In this document: positions 63,829-64,000 of the stretch, one piece after another
Position numbering within the stretch: position 1 is the first letter of the stretch
Layout: each line of letters opens with the position of its first letter
DNA from: Adineta vaga
Taxonomy: Eukaryota > Animalia > Rotifera
Length of the DNA stretch: 64,000 bases
Direction of reading: 5' to 3'
Assembly: GCA_021613535.1 (NCBI GenBank)
Contig: CP075496.1
Location: 13,640,001-13,704,000, forward strand
Notes under the pieces: generated by a model
Seen by the model: only the letters and a program-made list of their open reading frames with translations
The model's database searches: none
What the model was told of the DNA's origin: nothing
Made by a program: the position numbers and the translations under genes

Positions 63829-64000
63829 ATGACTTGGTTGAATGAATGGTTTAAAGAACAGTTTCCATCCTATAAACTTGCTTTAAAACATGGTGATCCT
63901 CGAACAAAAGATTGGTTTTTATTATGGCGTGATCCTGTTCCAGCAGTGACATTAGCTCTAATCTATTTAGCTATTGTTATCTTAGGTCCACGTTATATGC
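63829..64000 (+). CDS. ELOVL very-long-chain fatty acid elongase (5' part; runs off the window end)
   Basis: MTW...GDPRTKDWFLL..P.P...LALIYLAIVILGPRYM, the typical ELOVL N-terminus. Confidence 0.85.
   Translation, partial: MTWLNEWFKEQFPSYKLALKHGDPRTKDWFLLWRDPVPAVTLALIYLAIVILGPRYM

Noticed and set aside
1-64000. CRISPR arrays, rRNA, prokaryotic operons or defence systems, intact transposase or reverse transcriptase ORFs
   Set aside because: None seen; the sequence is intron-rich eukaryotic DNA and its repeats are simple microsatellites.

Overview
AT-rich (roughly 30% GC by eye), gene-dense eukaryotic DNA with many ~45-60 nt GT-AG introns. Typical animal genes sit alongside intron-containing genes of non-metazoan type. 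This pattern fits a bdelloid rotifer (inference only). About 20 protein-coding genes can be assembled by hand: WSC-domain protein (partial), a small INCENP IN-box-only protein, LigB/MEMO-fold dioxygenase-like protein, astacin protease, an orphan, Derlin-1, CLK/Doa LAMMER kinase with four alternative first exons, a 3-hydroxyacyl-CoA-dehydrogenase-like NAD domain fused to a RING finger, a CDP-alcohol phosphotransferase fused to a TagD-type cytidylyltransferase, DAG lipase, a TRIM protein, a single-pass disordered protein, a TBC-like protein, DNAI4/WDR78, a VARP-like VPS9 protein, an APC permease, glutathione synthetase, TMEM272-like, zf-3CxxC protein, bacterial-type PssA, DNTTIP1-like and ELOVL (partial). 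There is also an intron-containing tRNA-Arg(CCT) and a probable hAT transposon end. The best leads are (1) the pseudo-dehydrogenase-RING fusion, a candidate metabolite-sensing E3 ligase, (2) the adjacent bifunctional cytidylyltransferase/CDP-alcohol transferase, a one-gene activate-and-transfer pathway, (3) the stand-alone IN-box protein with a degenerate TSS motif, and (4) bacterial-type PssA in an animal. All family calls come from motif recognition by eye; no searches were run.
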